From: Chromatiales bacterium
GTDB taxonomy: Bacteria; Pseudomonadota; Gammaproteobacteria; SpSt-1174
Assembly (NCBI GenBank): GCA_014762505.1
Contig: JABURS010000029.1
Coordinates: 60,178-124,177 of the forward strand
Direction of reading: 5' to 3'
DNA: 64,000 nt
Shown here: positions 20,542 to 31,192 of the stretch, one piece after another
Layout of the letters: each line of letters starts with the position of its first letter
How positions within the stretch are numbered: position 1 is the stretch's first letter
The notes under the pieces: model-generated
Database searches by the model: none
Told to the model about the DNA's origin: nothing
Seen by the model: the letters and a program-made list of their open reading frames with translations, nothing else
Program-made: the position numbers and the translations under genes

Positions 20542-23046
20542 TCAGAACAGTTGTTCGGGCACCTCGAGCGTACCATTGCCGCCGCCGGCGGTCTCCCCGT
20601 CCTCGCCACCCAGCGACAGCTCGGCCTCGGGCAGGTTGTCGGCACGGAAGGTCTCGAAGATGGCATCCGGGTTGTCACTGCCGGCAAGCAGGCCCGTCTC
20701 CGGGTCGATACGCACCGTCACCATGCCGTCGGGCTGTGGCAGCGTGTGCTCGGGCCGTCCGGCCAGCACCTCGCCCATGTAACCGATCCAGATCGGCAGG
20801 GCGGCCGAGGCGCCCGTCTCGCCGCGGCCGAGCGGCTGCAGCTGATCGAAACCGACCCAGACGGTGGTGACGACATCGGCGTTGAAGCCGCTGAACCAGG
20901 CATCGTTGCCATCGTTTGTGGTGCCGGTCTTGCCGGAGAGGTCGTTACGCCCCAGCTGCATGGCACGCACGCCGGTACCTTCCTGCACCACCGAGCGCAG
21001 CATGCTGGTAATCAGGTAGGCATTCTGCGGCGGGATGACCCGTTCGGCCGGCAGCCAGGGCGCCGGCTCGGCAGGCTCCGTAGCGCCCTCGGCCGTCTCG
21101 TCTCCCGATGCAGCAGCCGCCTCGCAGTCTGACTCACAGACCCTTTTCGGCTGCGCCGTGAACAACACCTCGCCGACACCGTCCTCGATGCGCTCGATGA
21201 AATAGGGTTCGACCAGAAAGCCGCCATTGGCGAACACGCCGTAGGCGCGCACCATCTCCAGCGGCGTGATGGTGCCGCTGCCCAGCGCCAGGGAGAGGTC
21301 GCGCGGCAGCCGGCCCATGTCGAAACCGAAGCGCCCCACGTAGCGATAGCCATAGCCGAGCCCCATGGACTGCAGCAGGCGGATGGATACCAGGTTGCGT
21401 GACTTCGTCAGCGCCATGCGCAGACGCGTGGGCCCGTAGAAGCGGCCGCTGTAGTTTTCCGGTCGCCACTCGGCCTCCAGGGCCGGGTCATCGAACACCA
21501 CCGGGGCATCGTTGACCAGCGTAGCCGGTGTGAAGCCCTTTTCGAGCGCGGCCGAGTAGATAAAGGGCTTGAAGACGGAACCCGGCTGGCGCTCCGCCTG
21601 AACGGCCCGGTTGAACTTGCTCTGCTCGAAGTCGAAACCACCAACCACGGCCAGCAGCGCCCCGTCCTCGGGCCGCATGGAGACCACGGCGCCCGAGACC
21701 ACCGGCACCTGGCGCAACGACCAGTAGGTCAACGGCACCTCGTCCGTCGGCGCCTTCCCGTCATCCCCGGCAACCGATTCCGGCAGGCTGGCAAAGGGCT
21801 CGACGCGTACCAGGTCGCCCGGGGCCAGCACCTCGCCTGCAGACTCCAGCTCGCCGCCGACGGTACTTTCATCGATATAACGCCTCGCCCACTGCATGCC
21901 CTCCCAGGGGATGACGCCATAGCCGAGGTTATCCACATACACCCGCGCCTGGCGCTCCTCGACCGACACGACCACTGCCGGGAGCAGACCACCCACCACC
22001 GTGTAGGGCTGCAAGAGCGATTCCAGCGCCTCCGCACCGGCCTCCTCCGGGAGCTCGGGCAGCTCGAGCCGGGCCTCCGGACCACGGTAACCATGCCGCA
22101 GGTCGTAGTCGAGCAGGCCCGCACGCAGCGCCCGATTGGCGGCGGCCTGCGCCCCGGCATCGATCGTGGTGTAGACGCGATAACCGCCGGTATAGGCCTC
22201 TTCCCCATAGCGTTCCACCATCACGGCACGCACCATCTCCCCGAGATACGGGGCATCGATCTCGGTCCGGGAGAGGTGCACACCGGCCGTCAGCGGCGCC
22301 ACCACGGCGATATCGAACTGCGCCTGGTCGATCCGGTCGAGTTCGAGCAGCCGGCGCAGCACGTAGTTGCGACGCTCCATGGCCCGTTCGGGGTTGACGA
22401 TGGGGTTGTAGCGTGACGGGGCCTTGGGCAGGCCGGCGATCATCGCGATCTCGGGCAGGGTCAGCTCATCCACCGTCTTGTTGTAATAGACCTGCGCCGC
22501 CGCACCCACGCCATAGGCCCGGTTGCCGAGATAGATCTTGTTGAGATACAGCTCGAGGATCTCGTCCTTGTTGAGCTCCTTCTCGATCTTGAAGGACAGA
22601 AAGATCTCTCGCAGCTTGCGGGTGTAGGTCTTCTCCGGGCTGAGGAAGAAGTTGCGCGCCACCTGCATGGTGATGGTACTCGCGCCCTGGCCACGATCGC
22701 CGGTCAGGTAGTTGCTGATGGCCGCGCGCAGGATGCCACGATAGTCCACGCCCGGATGGGTATAGAAGCGCTCGTCTTCGGCAGCGAGAAAGGCGTCCCG
22801 CAGGGTGACGGGGATGTCTTCGATGGCCAGCGGCACACGGCGCTTCTCACCGTACTCCGCCACCAGCAGGCCGTCCTTGCTATATACCCGCAGAGGCACC
22901 TGCATGCGCATGTCACGCAGCACCTCGACATCCGGAAGATCACGGGCAAAATAGAGATAGGCGCCGCCAACGGCCAGCGCGCCGCTGATCGCGCCGGCCA
23001 GGGCCAGGTAGAGACCCCAGCGGACAAGACGCAGAAAAGGTTTCAT
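20542..23046 (-). CDS. mrcA: penicillin-binding protein 1A (bifunctional transglycosylase/transpeptidase)
   Basis: 834 aa; GT51 motifs (EDERFYTHPGVD, RKLREI), SxxK/KTG transpeptidase; divergent from pilM as in E. coli and Pseudomonas. Confidence 0.93.
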   Translation of the reverse strand: MKPFLRLVRWGLYLALAGAISGALAVGGAYLYFARDLPDVEVLRDMRMQVPLRVYSKDGLLVAEYGEKRRVPLAIEDIPVTLRDAFLAAEDERFYTHPGVDYRGILRAAISNYLTGDRGQGASTITMQVARNFFLSPEKTYTRKLREIFLSFKIEKELNKDEILELYLNKIYLGNRAYGVGAAAQVYYNKTVDELTLPEIAMIAGLPKAPSRYNPIVNPERAMERRNYVLRRLLELDRIDQAQFDIAVVAPLTAGVHLSRTEIDAPYLGEMVRAVMVERYGEEAYTGGYRVYTTIDAGAQAAANRALRAGLLDYDLRHGYRGPEARLELPELPEEAGAEALESLLQPYTVVGGLLPAVVVSVEERQARVYVDNLGYGVIPWEGMQWARRYIDESTVGGELESAGEVLAPGDLVRVEPFASLPESVAGDDGKAPTDEVPLTYWSLRQVPVVSGAVVSMRPEDGALLAVVGGFDFEQSKFNRAVQAERQPGSVFKPFIYSAALEKGFTPATLVNDAPVVFDDPALEAEWRPENYSGRFYGPTRLRMALTKSRNLVSIRLLQSMGLGYGYRYVGRFGFDMGRLPRDLSLALGSGTITPLEMVRAYGVFANGGFLVEPYFIERIEDGVGEVLFTAQPKRVCESDCEAAAASGDETAEGATEPAEPAPWLPAERVIPPQNAYLITSMLRSVVQEGTGVRAMQLGRNDLSGKTGTTNDGNDAWFSGFNADVVTTVWVGFDQLQPLGRGETGASAALPIWIGYMGEVLAGRPEHTLPQPDGMVTVRIDPETGLLAGSDNPDAIFETFRADNLPEAELSLGGEDGETAGGGNGTLEVPEQLF

Positions 23047-23133
23047 ATATTATGTGCTTACGTGAGGTACGAATGGGGGCGGGTCCAGACTGCCGGGGGC
23101 TATGAAAACCCAATTCCCGGGTGACAACAAGCT

Positions 23134-23163
23134 TTGCAATTTATACTAGTATTTTTATATAGT
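23134..23163 (+). promoter_or_regulatory. candidate sigma70 promoter TTGCAA-N18-TATAGT for pilMNOPQ in an AT-rich divergent region
   Basis: Read directly; spacer and -10 contain the TAGTATTTTTATATA 15-mer also present upstream of coxB. Confidence 0.4.
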
Positions 23164-23228
23164 TGGCGCTAGGATCTAATAAAAAATATAGCAATAATTC
23201 GTAACCACCGGCTCTAAAGGGAAAAACT

Positions 23229-24287
23229 GTGCTCCCGTTCACAAGAAAGAAGGTACCGGTCCTGGGTATCGACATCAGCTCCACCTCGGTGAAGCTGGTT
23301 GAGCTCAGCCCTGCGGGTAACGGCTACAAGGTCGAGAGCCATGCGGTCGAGCCGCTGCCGGCCAACGCCGTCGTGGAAAAGAACATTGCGGAAGTCGAGG
23401 CCGTGGCCGAGACGGTGCGCAAGGCCATCAAGCGAGCAGGCACCAAGAACAAGCTCTGTGCGCTGGCCGTGCCCTCCTCCGCCGTCATCACCAAGGTCAT
23501 CACCATGCCGGCCAGCCTCAGCGATGCCGACATGGAGACCTCCATCCAGCTCGAGGCGGACCAGTACATCCCCTACGCCCTCGAGGAGGTCAACCTCGAC
23601 TTCGAGGTGCTGGGCCCTACCGAGAAGAACCCCGAGACCGTCGATGTGCTGCTGGCTGCCTCGCGCAGCGAGAACGTGGAGATGCGCGTGGCCGCCGCCG
23701 AGATGGCGGGCCTCACGGCCAAGATCGTGGACGTCGAGGCCTACACCATCGAGAACGTCTACCCGCTGATGCCGGAGTTCGACGCCACCAAGGAAAAGGT
23801 CGTCGCCATCATCGACGTCGGCGCCACCATGACCAGCATCAACGTCATGGAACACGGCAAGCTCGCCTATACCCGTGAGCAGCCCTTCGGCGGCAAGCAG
23901 CTCACCGAGGAGATCATGCGCCGCTACGGCCTCTCCTATGAGGAGGCCGGCCTGGCGAAGAAGGAGGGCGGCCTGCCCGACAACTACGTGCCCGAGGTCC
24001 TGGAGCCCTTCAAGGAGACCATGGCCAACCAGGTGCACCGCTTCCTGCAATTCTATTTCGCGGCCAGCCAGATGGCCTCCGTCGACCACATCGTGCTGGC
24101 CGGCGGCTGCGCCTCCATCCGCGGCATCGACGAAATGATCGAATCGCAGATCGGCACGCCGACCACGATCGCCAATCCCTTCTCGCGCATGTCGCTCGCA
24201 TCCCGAATCAATCCGCAGCGCCTGGCAGACGACGCCCCGTCGCTGATCCTCGCCTGCGGCCTGGCCTTGCGGAGGAGTTTCGCCTGA
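23229..24287 (+). CDS. pilM: type IV pilus assembly protein PilM
   Basis: Actin-like ATPase fold protein; GTG start; stop overlaps the pilN ATG. Confidence 0.9.
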   Translation: MLPFTRKKVPVLGIDISSTSVKLVELSPAGNGYKVESHAVEPLPANAVVEKNIAEVEAVAETVRKAIKRAGTKNKLCALAVPSSAVITKVITMPASLSDADMETSIQLEADQYIPYALEEVNLDFEVLGPTEKNPETVDVLLAASRSENVEMRVAAAEMAGLTAKIVDVEAYTIENVYPLMPEFDATKEKVVAIIDVGATMTSINVMEHGKLAYTREQPFGGKQLTEEIMRRYGLSYEEAGLAKKEGGLPDNYVPEVLEPFKETMANQVHRFLQFYFAASQMASVDHIVLAGGCASIRGIDEMIESQIGTPTTIANPFSRMSLASRINPQRLADDAPSLILACGLALRRSFA

Positions 24288-24898
24288 TGGCCCATATCAA
24301 CCTGCTCCCCTGGCGCGACGCCGAGCGCAAGCGCAAACAACAGGAATTCCTCACCCTGGCCGGGTTCACGGCCGTGCTCGGCGCCATCGTCGTGTTCTTC
24401 GCGCACGTGCACGTCAACGGCATGATCGACTACCAGAAGAGCCGCAACACCTATCTGGAGAACGAGATCAAGCTGCTCGAGAAGAAGGCCGAGGAAATCA
24501 AGGAACTCGAGGCCACCAAGAAGGCCCTGCTGGACCGCATGGAGATCATCCAGCAGCTGCAGGCCGCCCGCCCCGGCGTGGTCCACCTGTTCGACGAGCT
24601 GGTCACCACCCTGCCCGAGGGCATGTACCTGATGTCCCTGACACAGAAAAACGGCGTCGTCACGATGAGCGGACGCGCCGAATCGAAGGCCCGTGTCGCC
24701 ACCTACATGCGCAATCTGGACGCCTCGGAATGGTTGAAGAACCCGCAGCTCAGCGTCATCGAGACCAAGGATGACAGCGCCCTGCGCGCCAGCGACTTCT
24801 CCCTGACCGTCGACCAGACCCGGCCCGGCGCCGAGGACGAGGCTGCCGAGGCCGCCACGTCCACGCCGCAGGCAGCCGCGGCCAAGCGGGGTAAATGA
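24287..24898 (+). CDS. pilN: type IV pilus assembly protein PilN
   Basis: 203 aa bitopic protein with coiled coil. Confidence 0.88.
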   Translation: MAHINLLPWRDAERKRKQQEFLTLAGFTAVLGAIVVFFAHVHVNGMIDYQKSRNTYLENEIKLLEKKAEEIKELEATKKALLDRMEIIQQLQAARPGVVHLFDELVTTLPEGMYLMSLTQKNGVVTMSGRAESKARVATYMRNLDASEWLKNPQLSVIETKDDSALRASDFSLTVDQTRPGAEDEAAEAATSTPQAAAAKRGK

Positions 24899-25503
24899 GC
24901 ATGGACCTTTCCGAACTCAAGAATTTCGACATCAACAGCCTGGACCTGAACAACCTGGGCAGCGCCCCGGCGGCGGTCAAGGCCATCATCATCGCCCTGC
25001 TGTTCATCGCCGTGCTCGGCGCGGGCTATTACTTCCACACCAAGGGCCAGCTCGAACAGCTGGAGCGCGAGGAGCGCAAGGAAACCCAGCTGCGCCAGAA
25101 GTTCGAGACCGAACAGCGCAAGGTGGCCAACCTCGAGGAGCTGAAGCTGCAGCTCGAGGAGATGCGCCGCTCCTTCGGCGCCATGCTGCGCCAGCTGCCG
25201 AGCAAGACCGAGATCCCCAATCTCATCGTCGACATCTCGCAGACGGGCCTGGCCAGCGGCCTCGAGATCGATCTGTTCCGGCCGGAGAACGAGGTGCGCA
25301 AGGGCTTCTACGCCGAAAAGCCGATCCAGCTGCGCGTGGTGGGCAGTTACCACCAGATGGGCAACTTCGTCAGCGGCGTGGCCGCCCTGCCGCGCATCGT
25401 CACCCTGCATGACATCAGCATCAAGCCGATGGATGACGGGCGGCTCACGATGGAAGCCCAGGCGAAGACCTACCGCTATCTCGACGAACAGTCCGGCGAG
25501 TGA
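24895..25503 (+). CDS. pilO: type IV pilus assembly protein PilO
   Basis: 202 aa bitopic protein. Confidence 0.88.
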   Translation: MSMDLSELKNFDINSLDLNNLGSAPAAVKAIIIALLFIAVLGAGYYFHTKGQLEQLEREERKETQLRQKFETEQRKVANLEELKLQLEEMRRSFGAMLRQLPSKTEIPNLIVDISQTGLASGLEIDLFRPENEVRKGFYAEKPIQLRVVGSYHQMGNFVSGVAALPRIVTLHDISIKPMDDGRLTMEAQAKTYRYLDEQSGE

Positions 25504-25547
25504 GTCGACGCATGAAGTACATACAAAAACAGACCGGGCCTAGAGCG

Positions 25548-26072
25548 ATGAAACGAACCAAGGGGCAATACCTGGCGGTCACCCTGGTCCTCAGCACCCT
25601 GCTGCTGGCGGGCTGTGGCGACAACCTGGACGACCTGCGCACCTACGTGGACGAGGTCAAGGCACGCAAGACCGCGCCACCGAAGGCCATCCCGGACATC
25701 AAGCCCTACGAGAGCTTCGCCTATCCGGAACACACGCGTAATCCCTTTGATTCCAGCATTCTTGCGGCAACGCCGGCACCGGTGAACCTCAATATCCCGG
25801 AGATCGACGCCGATCGCCCGCGCGAATACCTGGAAAGCTTCCCGCTCGACAGCCTCAAGCTGGTGGGCACGCTCGAACAGGCCAATACCCTGTGGGCACT
25901 GATCAGGACACCGGACGGCACCATCCAGCGTGTCACTCACGATAACTACATGGGACAGAACAACGGCAAGATCATCACGATCACGCCCACCCGTCTGACC
26001 CTGAAGGAATACATTCGTGATGAATTCGGTGGTTACATCGAACGCGAAACTGCTGTCGCCATTAGCGAATAA
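25548..26072 (+). CDS. pilP: type IV pilus assembly lipoprotein PilP
   Basis: Lipoprotein signal MKRTKGQYLAVTLVLSTLLLAGC. The track ORF starts at GTG 25500, but that would give a 35-aa pre-lipobox segment. Confidence 0.8.
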   Translation: MKRTKGQYLAVTLVLSTLLLAGCGDNLDDLRTYVDEVKARKTAPPKAIPDIKPYESFAYPEHTRNPFDSSILAATPAPVNLNIPEIDADRPREYLESFPLDSLKLVGTLEQANTLWALIRTPDGTIQRVTHDNYMGQNNGKIITITPTRLTLKEYIRDEFGGYIERETAVAISE

Positions 26073-26089
26073 GTAAAGAGGACATAGCA

Positions 26090-28267
26090 ATGAGTTCAGT
26101 CCCTGCCCCGAAGCTTGCCCAGACCCCGGCGGTTGCCCGCTATGCGACAGCCCAGCGACTCTGGCTGACATTGACCCTGCTCGCACTGGTACTGGTCGCC
26201 CCCGCCGTCAGCGCCAACACGCTGCAGGACATCAGCTACTCGACGCTGCCCGGCGACCGGGTCGAGCTGACCTTCAAGTTCAGCGAACCGGCCAGCGAAC
26301 CGCTCAGCTTCACCATCGACGACCCGGCACGCATCGCACTGGATTTCGCGAACACCGACAACGGCCTCAAGGAACGCAACGTGCCGATCGGCATCGGCGT
26401 CACCCGCAGCGTGACCGCCGTGGACGCCAAGGGCCGTACCCGCGTGGTCATCAACCTGGCCCAGCTCGTCGGCTACCAGACCCGCGTGCAGGGCAATGAA
26501 GTGGTCGTGGCCCTCGGCAGCAGCGCGGCAGACGCCAACTTCGACATGCCCGCCGCCGGCGCCGGCAAGACCAGCACCCCGGCTGCCGTCAGTACCCGTG
26601 GCGACGAACAGCGCGTCACCAACGTCGACTTCCGTCGCGGCGGCAACGGCGAGGCGCGCATCATGATCAACCTCTCCGATCCGCGCATCCCGGTCGACCT
26701 GCGCGACCAGCAGGGCGAGATCGTGCTGAACGTGGTCGGCGCCAGCCTGGCCAAGGAACTGGAGCGTCGTCTCGACGTCTCCGACTTCGCCACCCCCGTG
26801 CAGACCATCGACGTCTTCGAGACCGACGGCAACACCCGCATCGTGATCAAGGCCGCCGGCGATTACGATCAGCTCGCCTACCAGAGCAACGACGTCTATA
26901 CCGTAGAGGTCAAGGAATACCGCGAGGAACTGGTCGAGGAGCGTCGTGAACAGGTCTGGGAAGGCGAGAAGCTCTCGCTCAACTTCCAGGACATCGAGGT
27001 GCGTTCGGTGCTGCAGCTCATCGCCGACTTCACCTCGCTCAACGTGGTGGTCAGCGACAGCGTGCAGGGCAACATCACCCTGCGCCTGAAGAACGTCCCC
27101 TGGGACCAGGCACTGGATATCATCCTGAAGACCAAGGGCCTGGGCATGCGCCAGAACGGCAACGTCCTGCTGATCGCCCCGGCCGAAGAGATCGCCGCGC
27201 GTGAAAAGCAGGAGCTCGAGGACCAGCAGTCCATCGAGAAGCTGCTGCCGCTGCGCACCGAACTCATCCAGATCAACTATGCCAAGGCCTCGGACATTGC
27301 CGGCCTGCTCATCGCCTCCAAGGCGCTGGAGGGCGCGGAAGGCGAGGAAGGCTCGAACGCCCTGGCCACCGTGCTGTCCTCGCGCGGCTCGGTCATGGTC
27401 GACCAGCGCACCAACACCCTGCTGGTGCGTGACACCGAACCCTCCCTGGTCGCCGTGCGCCGCCTGATCGGCAAGCTGGACATCCCGGTGCGCCAGGTGC
27501 TGATCGAGTCGCGCATCGTCATCGCCTCGGACGACTTCAGCCGCGAACTCGGCGTGCGCTTCGGCGTGAACGACCAGGGCGACCCGAGCAGCGACAGCAA
27601 CCGTCGCCTCTACACCTCGGGCAGCCTCAATGGCACCACCCAGCAGATCAACGGCGAGGACCTGGAGCTGGCCGACCGTCTCAACGTCGACATGCCCGTG
27701 ACCAACCCGGCCGGCAGCTTCGGCCTGGCACTGGCCAAGCTGCCGTTGGGCCTGCTGCTCGAGCTGGAGCTCTCCGCCGCCCAGGCCGAGTCCAAGGCCG
27801 AGGTGGTGTCCAGCCCGCGCGTGATCACCTCCAACCAGAAGCAGGCGGTGATCCGCCAGGGTGTCGAGATCCCCTACCTCGAGGCCACCTCCAGCGGCGC
27901 GGCCAGCGTGTCCTTCAAGGAGGCCGTGCTCAAGCTCGAGGTCACCCCGGCCATCACCCCGGATGACCGCGTGAACATGGACCTCGCCGTGCACAAGGAC
28001 AACGTCGGCGAACTCTTCGCCGGCATCCCGAGCATCGACACCCGCTCGGTGGAGACCCTGGTGCTGGTGGATAACGGCCAGACCGTGGTGCTCGGCGGCA
28101 TCTACGAGACCGAGACCTCGCGCGACGTGCGCCGCGTGCCCTTCTTCGGCGACATCCCGGTGGTCGGCGCACTGTTCCGCAGTACCTCGCAGACCAGCGA
28201 CAAGTCCGAACTGCTGATCTTCGTCACACCGAAGATCATCTCGGAGAATCTCAAGCTGGTGCGCTAG
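26090..28267 (+). CDS. pilQ: type IV pilus secretin PilQ
   Basis: 725 aa; signal peptide, AMIN repeats, secretin C-domain. Confidence 0.93.
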   Translation: MSSVPAPKLAQTPAVARYATAQRLWLTLTLLALVLVAPAVSANTLQDISYSTLPGDRVELTFKFSEPASEPLSFTIDDPARIALDFANTDNGLKERNVPIGIGVTRSVTAVDAKGRTRVVINLAQLVGYQTRVQGNEVVVALGSSAADANFDMPAAGAGKTSTPAAVSTRGDEQRVTNVDFRRGGNGEARIMINLSDPRIPVDLRDQQGEIVLNVVGASLAKELERRLDVSDFATPVQTIDVFETDGNTRIVIKAAGDYDQLAYQSNDVYTVEVKEYREELVEERREQVWEGEKLSLNFQDIEVRSVLQLIADFTSLNVVVSDSVQGNITLRLKNVPWDQALDIILKTKGLGMRQNGNVLLIAPAEEIAAREKQELEDQQSIEKLLPLRTELIQINYAKASDIAGLLIASKALEGAEGEEGSNALATVLSSRGSVMVDQRTNTLLVRDTEPSLVAVRRLIGKLDIPVRQVLIESRIVIASDDFSRELGVRFGVNDQGDPSSDSNRRLYTSGSLNGTTQQINGEDLELADRLNVDMPVTNPAGSFGLALAKLPLGLLLELELSAAQAESKAEVVSSPRVITSNQKQAVIRQGVEIPYLEATSSGAASVSFKEAVLKLEVTPAITPDDRVNMDLAVHKDNVGELFAGIPSIDTRSVETLVLVDNGQTVVLGGIYETETSRDVRRVPFFGDIPVVGALFRSTSQTSDKSELLIFVTPKIISENLKLVR

Positions 28268-28294
28268 ACCCGGATTCAACCGGTATACTGCGAA

Positions 28295-28324
28295 GGCCCG
28301 CACCGTGCGGGCCTTTGTTTTGTT
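28295..28324 (+). terminator. intrinsic terminator GGCCCGCA-ccg-TGCGGGCC + TTTGTTTTGTT after pilQ
   Basis: Seen directly. Confidence 0.6.
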
Positions 28325-28336
28325 CAGCCAGACACC

Positions 28337-28870
28337 ATGACAGCAAAACGCAACATCATCCTCGTCGGGCCCATGGGCGCCGGCAAGTCCACCGTCGGGC
28401 GGCGACTGGCAAACCTGCTCGGGCGCGAGTTCGTCGACAGCGACAAGGAGATCGAACAGCGCACGGGCGTGGATATCCCCACCATCTTCGAATTCGAGCA
28501 GGAGGCCGGTTTTCGCGACCGCGAGGCCGCGGTGATCGAGGAACTGACGGGCCGTGAGGGGATCGTGCTGGCGACGGGTGGCGGCGCGGTGCTGCGGCCG
28601 GAGAACCGACGCCACATGAAGGCGCGCGGTTTCGTCATCTATCTGCGCACCTCGGTGGACGAACAGCTGCGCCGCACGGCGCACGACCGCAATCGTCCCC
28701 TGCTGCAGACCCCGGACCCGCGGGCCCGCCTCGAGACCCTGCTCAGGGAACGCGACCCCCTGTACACCGAGATCGCCGACCTCGTCGTCGACACCGATCG
28801 CGGCCAGGCCCGCAGCCTCGCCCAGCGCATCGTCAAGCGGCTGCGCCAGGCCCTGGGCGAGGCGTTATAG
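28337..28870 (+). CDS. aroK: shikimate kinase
   Basis: [10 protein letters not shown]-loop; 177 aa. Confidence 0.93.
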   Translation: MTAKRNIILVGPMGAGKSTVGRRLANLLGREFVDSDKEIEQRTGVDIPTIFEFEQEAGFRDREAAVIEELTGREGIVLATGGGAVLRPENRRHMKARGFVIYLRTSVDEQLRRTAHDRNRPLLQTPDPRARLETLLRERDPLYTEIADLVVDTDRGQARSLAQRIVKRLRQALGEAL

Positions 28871-28917
28871 ACCCGCCGCGCTTTCCGCGAACCCGCAGCT
28901 TGCTTTACCATTGGACC

Positions 28918-30000
28918 ATGCAGACACTCAACGTCGAACTCGGCGAACGCAGCTATCCGATCTATATCGGCAGCGGCCTGCTCGGGCAGCCCGAACTGCT
29001 CGCCCGCCACATCCACGGTCGCTCCGCCGCGGTGGTCAGCAACGAGGTGGTCGCCCCGCTGTATCTGGACCGGCTGGGACCGGCCCTGGCCGATCTGCGC
29101 CACCATGCCGTCATCCTGCCGGATGGCGAGCAGTACAAGTCGCTGGAGACCCTCAACACCATCTACACGGAACTGCTCGAACACCGCTATGACCGCAACA
29201 CCACCCTCATCGCCCTCGGCGGCGGGGTGGTGGGCGACATCACCGGATTTGCAGCGGCCAGTTACCAGCGCGGCGTCAACTTCATCCAGATACCCACCAC
29301 CCTGCTCGCCCAGGTGGACTCCTCCGTCGGTGGCAAGACCGGGGTCAACCACCCGCTCGGCAAGAACATGATCGGGGCCTTCTACCAGCCCCAGTGCGTG
29401 ATCATCGACACCGACACGCTCGACACCCTGGACGAGCGCCAGCTGAGCGCGGGCATCGCCGAGATCATCAAGTACGGCCTGATCGGCGACCCCGTGTTCT
29501 TCGCGTGGCTGGAGGCGAACATGGAACGCCTGCGCGCGCGTGACGCCGAGGCGCTTACCTACGCCATCCGCCGCTCCTGCGAGAACAAGGCCGCCGTGGT
29601 CGCGGCCGACGAGCGCGAAGGCGGCAAGCGCGCCCTGCTGAACCTCGGCCACACCTTCGGCCATGCCATCGAGACCGGCATGGGCTACGGCGCCTGGCTG
29701 CACGGCGAGGCCGTGGGCTGCGGCATGGTGATGGCCGCACAGCTCTCGGCCCGCCTGGGCTGGCTCTCCGCGGACGACGTCGAGCGCGCCACCCGCCTGA
29801 TCGCACGCGGCGGCCTGCCCGTCGCACCGCCGCCCGAGATGGATGCCGACCGCTTCCTCGAACTGATGGCCGTGGACAAGAAGGTCATCGACGGCAGCCT
29901 GCGCCTGGTCCTGCTGCGCGCCATCGGCGAGGCCGTGGTCACCGCCGACTTCGATCCTGCGGCACTGCGCGCCACCGTCACGCCGTCACGCGCCGCCTGA
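28918..30000 (+). CDS. aroB: 3-dehydroquinate synthase
   Basis: [18 protein letters not shown]...; GGGVVGD motif; track start 28900 is a TTG extension. Confidence 0.93.
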   Translation: MQTLNVELGERSYPIYIGSGLLGQPELLARHIHGRSAAVVSNEVVAPLYLDRLGPALADLRHHAVILPDGEQYKSLETLNTIYTELLEHRYDRNTTLIALGGGVVGDITGFAAASYQRGVNFIQIPTTLLAQVDSSVGGKTGVNHPLGKNMIGAFYQPQCVIIDTDTLDTLDERQLSAGIAEIIKYGLIGDPVFFAWLEANMERLRARDAEALTYAIRRSCENKAAVVAADEREGGKRALLNLGHTFGHAIETGMGYGAWLHGEAVGCGMVMAAQLSARLGWLSADDVERATRLIARGGLPVAPPPEMDADRFLELMAVDKKVIDGSLRLVLLRAIGEAVVTADFDPAALRATVTPSRAA

Positions 30001-30003
30001 GCC

Positions 30004-31185
30004 ATGACCGGCCGCCCGCAGACCCCGCCGCAACCCCACGGACCCGCCCCCTATGCCGCCTGCGACACCAACTCGCGCGGGCGCCAGCACCCGGAGGAAC
30101 GGCCCGCCTACCGCAGCGAATTCCAGCGCGACCGCGACCGCATCATCCATTCGGCCGCCTTCCGTCGCCTCGAGTACAAGACCCAGGTCTTCGTGAACCA
30201 CGAGGGCGACCTGTTCCGCACCCGGCTCACGCATTCCATCGAGGTCGCCCAGATCGGCCGCTCCATCGCCCGCGCCCTGCGCCTCAACGAGGACCTGACC
30301 GAGGCCATCGCGCTGGCCCACGACCTTGGCCACACCCCCTTCGGCCATGCCGGCCAGGACGCGCTCAATGCCTGTATGAAGGAGTTCGGCGGCTTCGAGC
30401 ATAACCTGCAGTCGCTGCGCGTGGTCGACCAGCTCGAGGCGCGCTATGCCGACTTCCCCGGGCTCAATCTCAGCTTCGAGACCCGCGAGGGCATCCTCAA
30501 GCACTGTTCGCTGCCCGATGCCCGCCGCCTCGGGGCCGTGGCCGAGCGCTTCCTCACCAAGCAACAGCCCACGCTGGAGGCCCAGCTCACCAACCTGGCC
30601 GACGAGATCGCCTACAACAACCACGACGTCGACGACGGCCTGCGCGCCGGCCTCATCCACGTCGATGCGCTGCGCGAGATCCGCCTGTTCAACGACCAGT
30701 ACGAGGAGGTGCGTCGCCGCTACCCGGACCTGGTCGACCGCCGCCGCATCCACGAGACCATCCGGCGCATGATCAACCGCCTGGTGGTGGACCTGGTGGA
30801 GACCAGCCAGTCGCGCATCGCCGCGGCGACGCCGGCCAGCGTCGACGAGGTGCGTGCCCAGACGGCCCCCCTGATCGGCTTCTCCGACGAGATCCGCGAG
30901 GCCAACCTGGAGCTCAAGCGCTTCCTGCGCAAGGAACTCTACCGTCATTACCGCGTCCACCGCATGACGGCCAAGGCCCAGCGCGTCATCCAGGAACTGT
31001 TCGCCGCCTTCATGGAGGACCCGCGCCTGCTTCCACCCGAGCACCAGGACTACACGCAGCGCCTCGAGGCCGAGCAGGGACTGCCGGGCCGGGCCCGTGC
31101 CGTGGCCGACTACATCGCCGGCATGACCGACCGCTACGCCATCGCCGAGAACCGTCGCATCTTCGACCCGGCGACGACCTCCTGA
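30004..31185 (+). CDS. dgt: dGTPase-like HD-domain phosphohydrolase
   Basis: [13 protein letters not shown]...[12 protein letters not shown] motif. Confidence 0.85.
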   Translation: MTGRPQTPPQPHGPAPYAACDTNSRGRQHPEERPAYRSEFQRDRDRIIHSAAFRRLEYKTQVFVNHEGDLFRTRLTHSIEVAQIGRSIARALRLNEDLTEAIALAHDLGHTPFGHAGQDALNACMKEFGGFEHNLQSLRVVDQLEARYADFPGLNLSFETREGILKHCSLPDARRLGAVAERFLTKQQPTLEAQLTNLADEIAYNNHDVDDGLRAGLIHVDALREIRLFNDQYEEVRRRYPDLVDRRRIHETIRRMINRLVVDLVETSQSRIAAATPASVDEVRAQTAPLIGFSDEIREANLELKRFLRKELYRHYRVHRMTAKAQRVIQELFAAFMEDPRLLPPEHQDYTQRLEAEQGLPGRARAVADYIAGMTDRYAIAENRRIFDPATTS

Positions 31186-31192
31186 GGCCCGC